Assembly: GCA_035283685.1 (NCBI GenBank)
Contig: DATETJ010000008.1
Coordinates: forward strand, 64,629-128,628
Origin: Candidatus Bathyarchaeia archaeon
Lineage (GTDB): Archaea; Thermoproteota; Bathyarchaeia; Bathyarchaeales; Bathyarchaeaceae
Length of the DNA stretch: 64,000 nucleotides
Direction: 5' to 3'
This document shows, piece after piece, positions 25,199-33,920 of the stretch (position 1 is its first letter; each line of letters begins with the position of its first letter). A program made the position numbers and the translations under genes. The notes under the pieces were generated by a model. That model did not search any database and was not told the DNA's origin. It was given only the letters and a program-made list of their open reading frames with translations.

Positions 25199-28100
25199 TT
25201 AGGATGTGAGCAGCTTCTTCTTGACCAGTATTTTTTCTATGTCTTTCTTGGCGCCCATCTTCTGGAACATCTCCAACGCTTGGTTGAGAAGATTGTGAGC
25301 CTTTTCCTTGTCGCCCTCCTGGTTTCTCTCCAAATACACACGAGCATACTCGCAGAGAATCCATCTGGCAAAACCGTAGGCATCCCACATTCTTGCATCC
25401 ATAGATTCAAGCTCTTGAACGGATTTCTCGAAGAGTCCAATGGATTCTGCGTATTTCTTCTGGGCGCGAAGCAGCATAGCCTTCAGTGCCTTCGAGAAGG
25501 CAACCAGGTATTTTTCCTCTGTCCCGACAGCGAACTTCTGCACGCCATCGATTAGGTCTTGAGCTTCTTCAAACTCGCTAAGCTCAACAAGCGCTGGAAC
25601 TAGAAGCAGAGAGATATATACTTCATAGGTCTTTGCTTCAGCCTCTTTGCATATCTTCATCGCTTCTTCAAGTGATTCCTTTGCCTTCGCGTATTCCCCT
25701 CGGTCAAAATGCAAGCGCCCAAAACCCAAGTGACCCTCAGCTACAGGTTGGAATTCCTTCAACTCCCGAGCTTGTTCCAAACCTTTGGCACAATATTGTT
25801 CGCCTTTGTCCCATTCTCCTTTCTTTAGGAAAGCTTCTCCAAGAATGAAAAAGCAGGATGGCAAATAGGTCCTATCGTTGATTCTGTTGCCTAGCTCAAG
25901 TGCGTCCTCTCCGAAAGTCACCGCCTTGTCCAGCTCTCCTCTATCCCGATATTCTATTGACAACCAACTCAAAAAGAGCACTTGCCTACTCAGGCTTCCT
26001 AGCTTCTTCGCGAGCGCAAGTCCTTTCTCAAGATATTCTAGGCGTTCTTGGTACTCTTCAAAGTGAAAAAAACCGGCTACTCTGCAGTATGAGAGCACGG
26101 CTATTTCCAAATAATTGTTTTCCAAGGCTATGTTCAAAGCTCTATTCGCATACTCACGCCCTTTCTTGATGCCTCCGAGAAAACCCAAACATTGCGACAT
26201 TACATCGTATGAATAGGCAACTGCGTCAAGAGCGTTGAGCTTTTCAGCTATTACGAGTGCTTTTTCCGCCAAAGAAAGAGCTTTCGACGTCTGTCCGTTG
26301 CGCCAATACATGTGAGCCATATCATTATAGAGGCGAGCCAATTCAATGCATTCAGGCTCAGCCTCCAAGATCTTCAAGCTGGTTTCATGATGTTCTCTGG
26401 CTCTTTCCACCTCACCAAGCGTGTCCCAAAGTACAAAAGCCATTTTCTTGTGCAACGCCGAAATCCGTTGCTTTTCATTCAACTTAGCCAGTAACAGCAA
26501 CGCTTCGTCCCAATACTTCAAGCATGCATCAAACTCTCCAGAAAGTTTCTTAATGTCTCCCAATCGCTCCAACACCAACGCCTTTCGTTGAAGCTCACCA
26601 TCCCTTTCCTCAAGAAGCCTGAGAGCAGATTCGAAGTAAGAAGCAGCCTCACTGTTGGCATAAATCTTTGCAGCTCTTTCTCCAGCCTTCAGGAAGTAGT
26701 CAAGAGCCTTTTCTTTGTCGCCGCTCTCGAGAAAGTGTAAGGCTAACTCGCCAAAGTGCTCATCAATCCTCTTAGCATAAACCTGCTCTAGAGCGCATCC
26801 TACAGTGTTGTGGAGTTTCTTGCGCCTGAAGGGACTGACCTCTTCGTAAACAACGTCTCTGATGATGATGTCGGCAAAGGAGCACACATCTTCTCCTCGA
26901 ATCACCTTGTGCTTAACCAATCCTGTTTTCAGAAGCTTCTCAATCACTTCAAGCAATTTGTTTTCTTCAATGCCGGTAACAGCAGCCAAAGCTTCACAAG
27001 TGAAATCATTACCAATAAACGAAGCAAAAGTCAAAGCACTCTGGCACTCTTCATCCAGCCGCTCTATTCTAGCCTTCACAACACTCTTGACAGTCTCAGG
27101 AAACTCAATCCTTGAAACCTCCCCAATGCTCCATCCGTCTTTCTCTCGATGAATTACCTCTTCTTCCTTCAGCGACTTGATTACTTCCTCAGCGAAAAAC
27201 GGATTGCCCCTAGTTTTCTCGAAGACCAGTCTACAGAATTCTGCTGAAACGTCATCTTGCTCCAATGTCTGCTTGATCATTTCGGAGATTTCGTTCAGAG
27301 ACATGCGCTTCAAAGAAACAGATTGCAGCAGGCGCTCCCTGTTCAACTCGGTCAAAACCGCAGTCAACGGATGCTTAGAGTCAATGTCAGTGCTCCGGTA
27401 AGCGCCCAAAAGAAGCAAAGAACTCCGATGCGCACCCCGAGCCAAATAATGAAGAAGCAGAAGCGAAGTCGAATCAGTCCACTGCAAATCATCAAGAACC
27501 ACAAGCAACGGAGCCTCCTTAGAAATGTTGCCGATAAACTGAGAAAACGCTTCAAACAGCCGATTCTGCTCCATCTCAGGACTTATAGGAAAAGACTGAG
27601 GAATGGCACCAAGCTTCTGCCTAAGCTCAGGAACAATTTTCGCAATCTCAGCTGGATAAAAGCCCACAACATGGTACAACTGCTCCGGACTGCAATTTTC
27701 CAAATAGTCTCTAACAACTTCGCTCCATAAGACGTAGGGAGGAACACCATCCATCCTAAACAACGCAGGGCATCTTCCATAAAGAACCCGCATGCCCCGC
27801 AAATGCGCATAAGCTCTAAGCTCCCTAGCCAACCTTGTCTTGCCAATACCCGCTTCGCCGTAGAGAAAAACAAGACCACCTTCGCCCCGGACAGCTCTGT
27901 CAACTGCTTCTCGGAGAAGATTCATCTCATCAGCCCTATCGACAAGCTGAATCTCCTTTGCAGCAACAGGACGAGAACCGGGAACAACAACCGCAGGCTT
28001 TCCCGAAGGAGCATAAACATCTCTCAAAAAGCCTTCAGCGATGTCCCTCAACACCTTAAGCAGATCGGACGCACTCGGATACCTCTTCTCCGGCTCTTTC

Positions 28101-28984
28101 TCCAAAAGCCTCATAATACAGTCAGACAAAGCATGCGGAACCTTCACGTTCAACTTAGTCGGCGACACGGGAACATCATGAATATGACTAAAAATGACCT
28201 TCACCGCGTCCTCGCCAACAAACGGAGGCTTGCCTGTAACAGCCTCGTAAAGAACCGCACCAAACGAATACAAATCAGACCTTGCATCTGCACCACGACC
28301 CAAGGCAATCTCAGGAGCCACATAGGCAACTGTGCCAACAATAATGCCTTCTTGAGTGAGGCTCGGCTGCCCAAGCATCTTAGCTAAGCCAAAGTCCATC
28401 AACTTCGCAGTATCTTCACGATTAAGCATCACGTTCTCAGGCTTAATGTCCCGATGCAGAACACCCTGAGAATGCGCATACTGCAACGCACCACAAACAT
28501 CAATGCCGATTCTCAAAATCGTCTGAATGTCACACTTGCCCTCAGGATACGTACCCATAAGCTCGCGAAGACTCATCCCGTCTACAAACTCAAGCACAAA
28601 AAACTGCTTATCGTCCTCCTTCCCAATGTCATGAATGGAAACAACGTTCGGATGATTAAGCGTGCCAACCATCTGAGCCTCACGTAAGAACCGTGAATGC
28701 GCGTCCTCTCCCGCCACTGTGGTCTTGAGCATCTTTATGGCTACAACACGGTTCAGAACAGTGTCTCTAGCCTTGTACACGATGCCTTTTCCACCCTCGC
28801 CCAACTTCTTCAGAACAACGTACCTGCCATTCTGCAAACTCGATAGAGACGACAAGGAAAACGCTCCATAATCTCCTCTGTGGCTTGCATATTCATCGAC
28901 GAACGCACTTAAAAGAATAATCAATCCAAGGAGCTCAGCCGAAACTGCATCAAAGTTACGCCAAGCCCCAAGATGAGCGTCCAC
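25199..28984 (-). CDS. Ser/Thr protein kinase fused to AAA/STAND-type ATPase and TPR array
   Basis: Kinase motifs are LGEGGKGIVYKA..AIK, HRDIKPENV, DFGLAK and APE. These are followed by Walker A LYGEAGIGKTRL and Walker B VVLDDLQWTD (AAA_16-like). About 600 aa of TPR-like helical repeats complete the protein. Confidence 0.85.
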   Translation of the reverse strand: MDAHLGAWRNFDAVSAELLGLIILLSAFVDEYASHRGDYGAFSLSSLSSLQNGRYVVLKKLGEGGKGIVYKARDTVLNRVVAIKMLKTTVAGEDAHSRFLREAQMVGTLNHPNVVSIHDIGKEDDKQFFVLEFVDGMSLRELMGTYPEGKCDIQTILRIGIDVCGALQYAHSQGVLHRDIKPENVMLNREDTAKLMDFGLAKMLGQPSLTQEGIIVGTVAYVAPEIALGRGADARSDLYSFGAVLYEAVTGKPPFVGEDAVKVIFSHIHDVPVSPTKLNVKVPHALSDCIMRLLEKEPEKRYPSASDLLKVLRDIAEGFLRDVYAPSGKPAVVVPGSRPVAAKEIQLVDRADEMNLLREAVDRAVRGEGGLVFLYGEAGIGKTRLARELRAYAHLRGMRVLYGRCPALFRMDGVPPYVLWSEVVRDYLENCSPEQLYHVVGFYPAEIAKIVPELRQKLGAIPQSFPISPEMEQNRLFEAFSQFIGNISKEAPLLVVLDDLQWTDSTSLLLLHYLARGAHRSSLLLLGAYRSTDIDSKHPLTAVLTELNRERLLQSVSLKRMSLNEISEMIKQTLEQDDVSAEFCRLVFEKTRGNPFFAEEVIKSLKEEEVIHREKDGWSIGEVSRIEFPETVKSVVKARIERLDEECQSALTFASFIGNDFTCEALAAVTGIEENKLLEVIEKLLKTGLVKHKVIRGEDVCSFADIIIRDVVYEEVSPFRRKKLHNTVGCALEQVYAKRIDEHFGELALHFLESGDKEKALDYFLKAGERAAKIYANSEAASYFESALRLLEERDGELQRKALVLERLGDIKKLSGEFDACLKYWDEALLLLAKLNEKQRISALHKKMAFVLWDTLGEVERAREHHETSLKILEAEPECIELARLYNDMAHMYWRNGQTSKALSLAEKALVIAEKLNALDAVAYSYDVMSQCLGFLGGIKKGREYANRALNIALENNYLEIAVLSYCRVAGFFHFEEYQERLEYLEKGLALAKKLGSLSRQVLFLSWLSIEYRDRGELDKAVTFGEDALELGNRINDRTYLPSCFFILGEAFLKKGEWDKGEQYCAKGLEQARELKEFQPVAEGHLGFGRLHFDRGEYAKAKESLEEAMKICKEAEAKTYEVYISLLLVPALVELSEFEEAQDLIDGVQKFAVGTEEKYLVAFSKALKAMLLRAQKKYAESIGLFEKSVQELESMDARMWDAYGFARWILCEYARVYLERNQEGDKEKAHNLLNQALEMFQKMGAKKDIEKILVKKKLLTS

Positions 28985-29058
28985 AATGGTTCAGCGGAAA
29001 AGCTAATGGGTAGGCTGATGTCTGGTTAGACACTTCAGATAGTGCCACTGATTGCTGG

Positions 29059-30732
29059 GTGTTTGAGTTGAGCGAGAAGATCATTGTTGAGCGCGGGTTA
29101 GCTGCCAAGTTTGACAAGTATCTCAGTAGAATTACGCCTTTTGGTTTTTCAGGCGCATTCTTGGCTGCTAGGGACAAGAAGATCTTTTTCAACAAAGGAT
29201 ACGGCTTGGCTATCCGAGAAAAAAGCATCCCTAACACTGCTGACACGGTTTTCTGTGTTGGCTCGATTACGAAGCAGTTCACTGCGGCTGCGATCATGAC
29301 ACTAGAGATGAAGGGCAAGCTCAAGACAGAACACAGCATTACTGAGTACTTCTCCAACGTGCCTAAGGATAAGCAGCAGGTCACGCTTCACAATCTGTTA
29401 ACGCACACAGCTGGAGTCATCAACTTCACAGGCGAAGACTACGTAGTTGCTTATCGCGATGAGACTGTTAAGAAAGCTTTGGACGCGCCTCTGCTTTTTC
29501 TCCCAGAAACTCGCTATGAGTATTCAAATGCTGGTTACTCGCTTCTGGGCGCTATCGTTGAGATTGTTTCCGGACAGCCTTACGAGGAGTATCTGCATGA
29601 GCACTTGTTCAAGCCTTCTAGGATGTTCTTCACAGGCTATCGCATCCCAAACTGGCATAAGAGAACAGTTGCTACATGGTATTTGGGAGAAAAAAGCTTC
29701 AGACTAAACCTAAGCGAACATGACCAACCTCACTGGAACGTTATCGGCAACGGCGAAATACTGTCCACAACAAACGACATGCACAAATGGTACCTTGCGC
29801 TCAAAGGCGACAAAATCCTCTCAGCCGAAGCAAAAAAGAAGCTGTTCACGCCCTTCATGAACAACTATGCTTATGGCTGGAGCATTCTAGCCACTGAACG
29901 TGGAAAGGTTATCCAACACGACGGCGGCAGCGACTTGGGCAGCAGTGCTCTCTTCACATGGTTCGTAGACCACGACACGTTGACTGTCCTGTTCTGTAAC
30001 CAGTCCTACGGTAAGAACCCTCTCATCTCTCCGTTAAGAGACAAAATAGAGAGACTGCTTTTCGGCAAAGAAGTAGGATTTCCCCCAATTACCCGCAAGT
30101 CACGCCTATCAGATATGAAGAGCTTTAAAGGAACATACAGACTGCCCACGGGAGGTCAACTCATCCTCCAAATTGATGCAGGCTACCTAACGCTCACAGC
30201 AGTTGGACAAGACGCTGTCAACTCCGTTTTCTCGCTTAGCAACGAAAACACAGCTGAACTCAACGACCTGACGAATCGAACGGTAAGAATGGTCAACGCT
30301 GTGCTGAAAGGAGATTACGAGTACGGCAAGAAGGAGTTGAACGACGAAGAAAGAATGAAGGGTTGGCGAAGACTGCTTCTCGACCGACTCAGTATCAGTG
30401 AGAACAAGGTAAACCAGATCGAGACCATTATCTTAGGCGGCTTGACTTGGCCACGCAGCGAGGACACCATGGAAATAGTCGTGAAGGTGACACGTGACAA
30501 ATACGAGGTGAGATTCGGTTTGCTCTGGCGAAACGGAAAACTCTGGGGCTTAACTACAGGACCTGACACTTTCACAATGCGGGTTCTCCCGATTTCCACA
30601 CGCATATACGCAGGCTACGATCTGGGCACAGCCAAGAACGCAAAGCTTAGTTTCCACATCAACAAGCAAGGTCACGTCACAGAACTGACCATTCATCGCA
30701 AAATGGGCAATCTGAAAGCCTCGAAAGTCTAG
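29059..30732 (+). CDS. beta-lactamase-fold serine hydrolase (PBP/esterase/D-aminopeptidase-like) with C-terminal extra domain
   Basis: The S-x-x-K motif is VGSITKQFTA and the Y-x-N motif is YSNAGY. The HDGGS region follows, then a ~200-aa C-terminal domain. The start is GTG. Confidence 0.8.
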   Translation: MFELSEKIIVERGLAAKFDKYLSRITPFGFSGAFLAARDKKIFFNKGYGLAIREKSIPNTADTVFCVGSITKQFTAAAIMTLEMKGKLKTEHSITEYFSNVPKDKQQVTLHNLLTHTAGVINFTGEDYVVAYRDETVKKALDAPLLFLPETRYEYSNAGYSLLGAIVEIVSGQPYEEYLHEHLFKPSRMFFTGYRIPNWHKRTVATWYLGEKSFRLNLSEHDQPHWNVIGNGEILSTTNDMHKWYLALKGDKILSAEAKKKLFTPFMNNYAYGWSILATERGKVIQHDGGSDLGSSALFTWFVDHDTLTVLFCNQSYGKNPLISPLRDKIERLLFGKEVGFPPITRKSRLSDMKSFKGTYRLPTGGQLILQIDAGYLTLTAVGQDAVNSVFSLSNENTAELNDLTNRTVRMVNAVLKGDYEYGKKELNDEERMKGWRRLLLDRLSISENKVNQIETIILGGLTWPRSEDTMEIVVKVTRDKYEVRFGLLWRNGKLWGLTTGPDTFTMRVLPISTRIYAGYDLGTAKNAKLSFHINKQGHVTELTIHRKMGNLKASKV

Positions 30733-30737
30733 GGATG

Positions 30738-31661
30738 TTATTTCCCAGTCAATAGCTTCAGCAAAACCGCCTTCGCCGTGTGCAGTCGGTTTTCGCTTTG
30801 CTGGTAGATTATTGATTTTGGGTTTTCTATGATGTCAGCGTTGATTTCGTAGCCTCGGTGTATGGGCATGTCGTGCATGATGTAGGCTTTGCTGCCTTTC
30901 ATCAAGTCTTTGTTGATTTGATATGGCATCATAAGCTTGATTCGCTTTTCCTTCTCATCCTTGAATTTCGGGTCGGTGAAAAACTCCATGTCTACCCATG
31001 TGTCAGTGTAAACGAAATCAGCGTCTTTAACGGCTTTCTTGACATCTAATGTTGAGTGGAATAGCCCTGTTTTTTCCCCAGCCTTTAGAAGCCCCGTGTC
31101 GATTGAAGGCTCATTTCTCAAAGGCGTGACCGCTGTGATTTCGACGCCTGTTTTTGTGCAGCCTACTATAAGCGAGTTGCACACGTTGTTGTGCACGCCG
31201 ATATAGACGAGTTTGACGCCTTTCAACTTGCCCTTTTTTTCTTTGATGGTCATGAGGTCAGCTAAGGCTTGGCAAGGGTGATATTTCTCATCGCAACCGT
31301 TTATAACTGGCACTCGTGAGGCTTCAGCCATAGCCTGCAAGTCGGAGTGCTTCATTAATCGAGCCATTATGCAGTCAACGTTTCGAGACAGGTATTGGGT
31401 TTCATCTCGAATGTCAGCTAGAACGAGGTTGGTAGTTCTCCAGTCCAAGTACAGGGCGTGACCGCCCAGCTGAGTCATAGCCACTTCGAAAGAAACGCGT
31501 GTCCGAGTCGAGGTTTTCTGGAAAATCATTGCCAGCGACTTGTCGCTCAAGGTATTGCGGTGTCTTGCCGGGTTCTTCTTGATCTCTATTGACTTGTCTA
31601 TTACTTCTACTATCCGCTTGGGTGTCCAATCTTTAAGGGCGAGTAGGTGCATGGGCGTCAT
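30738..31661 (-). CDS. ornithine-carbamoyltransferase-family transcarbamylase with non-canonical second-substrate motifs
   Basis: The STRTR and HPCQALAD carbamoyl-phosphate motifs are present. TDTWVDMEF replaces the canonical D-x-x-x-S-M-G, and MHDMPIHRG replaces H-C-L-P. Confidence 0.8.
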   Translation of the reverse strand: MTPMHLLALKDWTPKRIVEVIDKSIEIKKNPARHRNTLSDKSLAMIFQKTSTRTRVSFEVAMTQLGGHALYLDWRTTNLVLADIRDETQYLSRNVDCIMARLMKHSDLQAMAEASRVPVINGCDEKYHPCQALADLMTIKEKKGKLKGVKLVYIGVHNNVCNSLIVGCTKTGVEITAVTPLRNEPSIDTGLLKAGEKTGLFHSTLDVKKAVKDADFVYTDTWVDMEFFTDPKFKDEKEKRIKLMMPYQINKDLMKGSKAYIMHDMPIHRGYEINADIIENPKSIIYQQSENRLHTAKAVLLKLLTGK

Positions 31662-31756
31662 TTCATCTCCTTGCAGTCTTGCGATTTGAGGTTAGAAGAC
31701 AGTTCAAAGCACATATAAGTTTACTGACCGTTCATTACTGCGACAGGTAGCAATCC

Positions 31757-32572
31757 ATGATTCTGATTGTAGCCTCAACCAAAGATGTCGCAAGCATGAA
31801 CATTGCGCAACAGATCATAGAGCAGCATGGATTCGAAAAGCTTCCAGAGAACTTCCAAGGCAACAACGTGTACTTCAAGCAGGTCGCCAACGGCGACGTA
31901 AAACTGGTTTTCATAAACGAGGAACTCATTCACAGCCAGTACATTACAGAGCACCTTGTCCCTGAACTGGTCGTGTTTGTTTCCCGTCATGCCAGTGTAA
32001 GCGGCTTTCCAACTCTATCAGTGCATGTACCCGGGAATCTAAGTGAAGCAGAGCTAGGTGGGCTCAACAAACGGGTTTCAATTTGCCCCGCCAGCGCAAT
32101 GAAAGACGCGATCCTAGAGCTGGCGAGAAAGAAGGATGAAAGCAACTTGCCTTACGAGGTCTCGTATGAATGTACGCATCACGGTCCATCGTTAGACGTG
32201 CCTGCAATGTTCGTGGAGTTAGGCAGCTCGCTGGAGCAGTGGAAAGACGTGAAGGCGGCTGAAGCTGTTGCTCAAGCAGCGATGGCAGCAATCACGAGGA
32301 ACTCAAGATATGCTGCAGTTCTAGGCGTGGGCGGACCTCACTACAATGAAAGATTCACTCGAATCGCGCTAACCACACCATGGGCGTTTGGTCACATAAT
32401 TTCGAAGTATGCGGCGCCCAGTGTAGAAGCGGATGTGGTTAAGCAGTGTGTTCAACGAACGGTGGAGAAAGTGGAAGCCGCATTCTTCGATTGGAAAAGC
32501 CTGAAAGCAATGGACAGAAACAGAATCATAACCGCATTGAAAGAACTCAACGTTTCGGTTCAGAGGGCTTAA
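31757..32572 (+). CDS. dtdA: D-aminoacyl-tRNA deacylase, archaeal DTD2 type
   Basis: The length is 271 aa. MILIVASTKDVASMNIAQQI..., SRHAS, ECTHHGPS and GGPHY blocks match my recollection of the DTD2 family. Confidence 0.75.
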   Translation: MILIVASTKDVASMNIAQQIIEQHGFEKLPENFQGNNVYFKQVANGDVKLVFINEELIHSQYITEHLVPELVVFVSRHASVSGFPTLSVHVPGNLSEAELGGLNKRVSICPASAMKDAILELARKKDESNLPYEVSYECTHHGPSLDVPAMFVELGSSLEQWKDVKAAEAVAQAAMAAITRNSRYAAVLGVGGPHYNERFTRIALTTPWAFGHIISKYAAPSVEADVVKQCVQRTVEKVEAAFFDWKSLKAMDRNRIITALKELNVSVQRA

Positions 32573-32867
32573 CGGTTTTCTCTGCGGTTTTCGGCTTTCT
32601 TTTGCGTCGGTACAATATGAATGTGTGTCCACGAACTTCAACGAGGGTTGACTCTGTCTCTTTGGCTACTCTGGTTGCTACTTCCTTAGCATCTTCATCC
32701 TTGAGCGCAGCTTGCAGAATTCTTCCTTTCACAACTTCATGTTGATCCAGTTGCCTACTGATTTCATTCACAATCTGCGCAGTCGACCCTTCCTTGCCCA
32801 CCCAAACTGTGGGTCTCTCGCTGCTGAACTTCTGTTTGAACCGACGTTTCATCTTGGATGTAATCAT
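32547..32867 (-). CDS. CRM-domain (YhbY/CRS1-like) RNA-binding protein
   Basis: PTVWVGKEGSTAQIVNEISRQLDQHEVVKGRIL...VEVRGHTFILYR matches the YhbY fold signature. Confidence 0.8.
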   Translation of the reverse strand: MITSKMKRRFKQKFSSERPTVWVGKEGSTAQIVNEISRQLDQHEVVKGRILQAALKDEDAKEVATRVAKETESTLVEVRGHTFILYRRKRKPKTAEKTVKPSEPKR

Positions 32868-33178
32868 TTCTTTTTCTCACGGCTTCTCGATGGTACGCGC
32901 GTGGTTTTGCCACAAACTAGGCATGTTACTGCCACGTGAGGTTCACGTCTAGGGTGAACGCGGACACGACTGTTGACTCCTGGATAAATAAAGCTTTTAC
33001 AATGCCTGCAAACAAGCCGCCTGTACTCAACTGGCAATCTCACTCGTGTTCGCATGGCTATTCTTCTTGCGATTTGGGCGTAGCGTTGCGCCAGCTCTGG
33101 CTCCTTGCGAATGTTCTCTTTGGCAAGCTCAAACAAAGTGCGGATGCGCTGCAACGCTATATGCCTAGTTTCATTCAT
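32864..33178 (-). CDS. rnp4: RNase P protein component 4 (Rpp21/Rpr2)
   Basis: IALQRIRTLFELA...AQRYAQIARRIAMRTRVRLP...RLVCRHCKSFIYPG...VTCLVCG is an Rpr2 zinc-ribbon family pattern. Confidence 0.85.
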   Translation of the reverse strand: MNETRHIALQRIRTLFELAKENIRKEPELAQRYAQIARRIAMRTRVRLPVEYRRLVCRHCKSFIYPGVNSRVRVHPRREPHVAVTCLVCGKTTRVPSRSREKKK

Positions 33179-33262
33179 ACTGGGTTCCTATGCAAACCTG
33201 CGCACCAGATATGAAGGAACTATAGGCAATATTTTCTTTTGCTTTATTCAGAAAAGACTGGT

Positions 33263-33595
33263 TTATTGCTGTTCAACGGGCTCAGTGACTTCGGCCACTG
33301 CTGCTTGTGTTTTTTGATTCACGCATTGTATGGCGCTTAGGCATCCGAAGCATTCTTCAGGGATCGGTTGATTTCGCGGGTAATCGCTCAGGTATCCGAA
33401 ACCGTGTGGACACTCTGCCTCAGGCGCCTTTTCCTCAGCAGCGGGTTCTCCTTCAGCCTTCACCTTTTTCTCCCTTTCTCCAATAATCATGATGTAGACT
33501 ATGAAAATCATGCCCACTACCACAAATGTGAGGGCTACGAGGATCAATGTGAACAGAGTGCCATAATCTGCCATATGCTGTAAATTAAAAGTCAA
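33263..33595 (-). CDS. hypothetical membrane-anchored Cys-rich protein
   Basis: An N-terminal TM helix is followed by an acidic linker. The C-terminal part is ECPHGFGYLSDYPRNQPIPEECFGCLSAIQC, a putative metal-binding motif. The start is probably the second Met. Confidence 0.45.
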   Translation of the reverse strand: MTFNLQHMADYGTLFTLILVALTFVVVGMIFIVYIMIIGEREKKVKAEGEPAAEEKAPEAECPHGFGYLSDYPRNQPIPEECFGCLSAIQCVNQKTQAAVAEVTEPVEQQ

Positions 33596-33920
33596 CAGTC
33601 CAAAAGCGTTATGAATTCAGAATTGTAGGTGACGATATAGATTACAGTTCAAGGCGTTTGGCCAAGATTGTCATAGGTGAGAGAGTCATCGAAAGTTACC
33701 CTCTTCATCTTTCTCCCACCTCAAGCCCCTTGGAGAGAGGAAGCGTTTGGCAGGTAACCAACACGCCTTGAAAGCTCTTTTCCCTTTTAAGAGTAGTCAA
33801 GCAAAACACTTAGGGTTACGCAGAGAGCCTAACGAAAGTAAGAATCCCTACATTCCATGATAACAACTGGAAAACCTGCTAAGAAATCGCCTTTCCAGAG
33901 CCTAATTTAATCCGAGTTCC

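Noticed and set aside
33675-33700. GAGAGAGTCATCG as a fourth copy of the structured repeat family
   Set aside because: It shares only ~11 nt with copy c (GAGAGTCATCG). The other ordered blocks (TTCATTGT, GAGAGAGAAAGGAGA, TTTGCC, CAACCTC) are absent, so this is probably chance.
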